From: an uncultured Chloroflexia bacterium
GTDB taxonomy: Bacteria > Chloroflexota > Limnocylindria > Limnocylindrales > CSP1-4
Reading direction: 5' to 3'
Assembly (NCBI GenBank): GCA_963712745.1
Contig: CAVQJC010000007.1
Location: 13,110 to 77,109, forward strand
Length of the DNA stretch: 64,000 nucleotides
The notes beneath the pieces were generated by a model. That model saw only the letters and a program-made list of their open reading frames with translations, ran no database searches and had not been told where the DNA came from. Shown one piece after another: positions 62,318 through 64,000 of this stretch. How positions within the stretch are numbered: the first letter of the stretch is position 1; each line of letters starts with the position of its first letter. Position numbers and translations under genes: made by a program.

Positions 62318-62485
62318 TATCGCGGAGGCGGCCGAGGCGGCGCGGCGCAACCTATCCCCCGCTGGCGTCGGGGTGTAGACTGCCGCGCCTTGGGGGCCGT
62401 CACACGAGGAAGGTCAGCTCGCCACCATCTACTCGCGAGCCACATTCGGACCGAGCGGTCCGGCCAGGGTCCAGGGAGGTTCTCC

Positions 62486-62903
62486 ATGTCTGACAACAAG
62501 GCCACGATGCTTCGCCTCTACGACGAGGTCTTCAGCCAGGGCGATTTCGACCTCGGCGACGAGCTCCTGGCGGACGACTTCGTCGAGCACGAGGAGCTTC
62601 CGCCCGGGATCCGCCGGGCAAGGCGGCGCCGCAGTACTCATGACCATGATGCGTGCCGCCTTCCCCGACTTCCACGCGGCGGCCGAGGAGCTGCTCGAGG
62701 ACGGGGACAAGGTGATCGCCCGGGCACGCTTCTCCGGCACCGACCAAGGCGAGTTCATGGGCATCGCCGCGACCGGCAAGAGGTTCGACATCGCCGTCAT
62801 CGACATCATCGAGTTCCGCGATGGCAAGGCGATCGCCCACTGGGGGGTCATGGACATGGCCGGGATGATGGAGCAGCTCGGCATCGGCGGGCCGCCCGCG
62901 TAG
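62486..62903 (+). CDS. Cassette 10: SnoaL-like ester cyclase (frameshift ~62610-62640)
   Basis: LYDEVFSQGD..DELLADDFVEH, then AAFPD..EDGDKV..GEFMGIAATGK..FRDGK..HW..D. Confidence 0.85.
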
Positions 62904-62946
62904 GCCTCCCCACTGGGCCGCCCAATCGCCGGCGAGCGCTTCCCCA

Positions 62947-62995
62947 GGATCGCCACCGTGAATGATGGGTTGGGTCTGGTCGTCGCCGCCATGGC
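62947..62995 (+). repeat. Array repeat R10
   Basis: GGATCGCCACCGTGAATGATGGGTTGGGTCTGGTCGTCGCCGCCATGGC. Confidence 0.88.
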
Positions 62996-63274
62996 CACAC
63001 ACGCTGCCGGTCCGTCCGGCCCTGACTCCGCTGACCCGGGTGCGGAGGATGGAGGGCGTGATGCGCATGTGAGTCGGACACTGTCAGGGTTGTTGGTCCT
63101 GGGTGCAGGCGACCTGGGGGCGACATAGCCGGGATCTGCGGCCGGAAACCCAGTGAGGGCCAGAAGATGTCGCAGTGATTCCGATTCGCTCATCCCTGGA
63201 CCGTGGGTCCGGAAAGTGGGCGCTCCGGTGACCTTCAGCCCTGTGTCGATCTCGCCCTGCCGGCCGACCTTGTC

Positions 63275-63756
63275 ATGATGACAAGCCGCCTCAGTCGCAA
63301 GGAGAGCGTCGGCCTCTGGCTGTACCGCAACCTCGACAAGCGCTTCAGTCGGCCTCAGCGTGGCTCTCTTTCGTCGCACCAGGGTGGGTTGACCGAGCGC
63401 GTGAACGTCGATGCCCTCGTCCTGACGACGGTCGGACGGAAGAGCGGCCGCCGCCGCAGGTCCTGCTGCAGTACTTCCGTGATGGTGACGACATGCTGCT
63501 GGTGGCGGCCGACGGTGAAGCAGTTCGCCATCCCGGCTGGTTCGACAACCTCATGGCGGTACGAGACGCCAGGGGCTGAGATGCGTGGCCAGGCCGGGTT
63601 GGTGCATGCGACGAAGCTGTACCAAACGGAAGCCGAGGACGCTGGCCAGCGTTTCCTCGCCGCTCTCCTGACTACGAGCGATACCTTCGCGCTACCGAGC
63701 GCAGTATCCCGATCGTCCGCCTGCACCCGGCATATGCCGCGACCTCAGATGTCTGA
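63275..63756 (+). pseudogene. Cassette 11: deazaflavin (F420)-dependent nitroreductase family, multiply frameshifted
   Basis: LVLTTVGRKSG, DGDDMLLVAADG..HPGWFDNL and RSIPIVRL lie in different frames. Confidence 0.75.
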
Positions 63757-63862
63757 TCGTGACGCGGCGATGCTGGTCGAAGCTCGCCGAGCCCTCGAGC
63801 TGAGCCGGACGAAGCGTCCGCCGCCATGTTGCCGCCCGTCATGCCGAGGTGGGGGTTACCCG

Positions 63863-63908
63863 GTTACGCCATGAATAGCGGGTGCGGTCTGGTCGTCGCC
63901 GCCACAGC
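63863..63908 (+). repeat. Array repeat R11
   Basis: GTTACGCCATGAATAGCGGGTGCGGTCTGGTCGTCGCCGCCACAGC. Confidence 0.92.
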
Positions 63909-64000
63909 CACGCACGCCGCTGGGCCGTCTGTGCCCTGAGCCTGGCGCGAGCGGGGGTGACGGATCGGGGTGGAGGATCGCTGATGCCGCACTCGGCCAA

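Noticed and set aside
53985-63908. CRISPR array
   Set aside because: Spacers are gene-sized and irregular (~0.5-1.3 kb), repeats are degenerate, and no cas genes are present
53985-63908. Canonical integron attC sites
   Set aside because: No consistent RYYYAAC...GTTRRRY pair (a GTTGGAC occurs next to only one copy); mixed cargo orientation; no intI in the window

Overview
High-GC bacterial chromosome segment. Gene content and the 'AQ + acidic residue' signal peptides suggest Chloroflexota, possibly Limnocylindria-like (inference only). Bases 1-53973 are mostly housekeeping and metabolic genes: tandem sulfotransferases, three Flp pilins, a KamA radical SAM enzyme, pfkA, a sugar ABC transporter, an Rrf2-sufC-sufS-sufU-moeZ-cysO-cysM-mec sulfur operon with an IscR-like operator, nucleoside ABC and ECF transporters, an MBOAT/SGNH pair and icd. 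From 53985 to the window end the organisation changes abruptly into a gene-cassette array. Twelve co-oriented copies of a ~46 bp repeat (consensus GAATCGCCATGAATAGCGGGTnnnGTCTGGTCGTCGCCGCCATGGC) each separate one cargo gene, giving 11 cassettes of ~0.5-1.3 kb. Six cassettes also carry a conserved, apparently structured ~110-140 nt 5' leader, and three unrelated proteins share a near-identical signal-peptide coding sequence. The repeat does not match canonical attC or CRISPR repeats, and no recombinase lies in the window. This array is the best candidate for an undescribed system. Several single-base frameshifts suggest assembly indel errors. All calls come from reading the sequence by eye; no database search was run.
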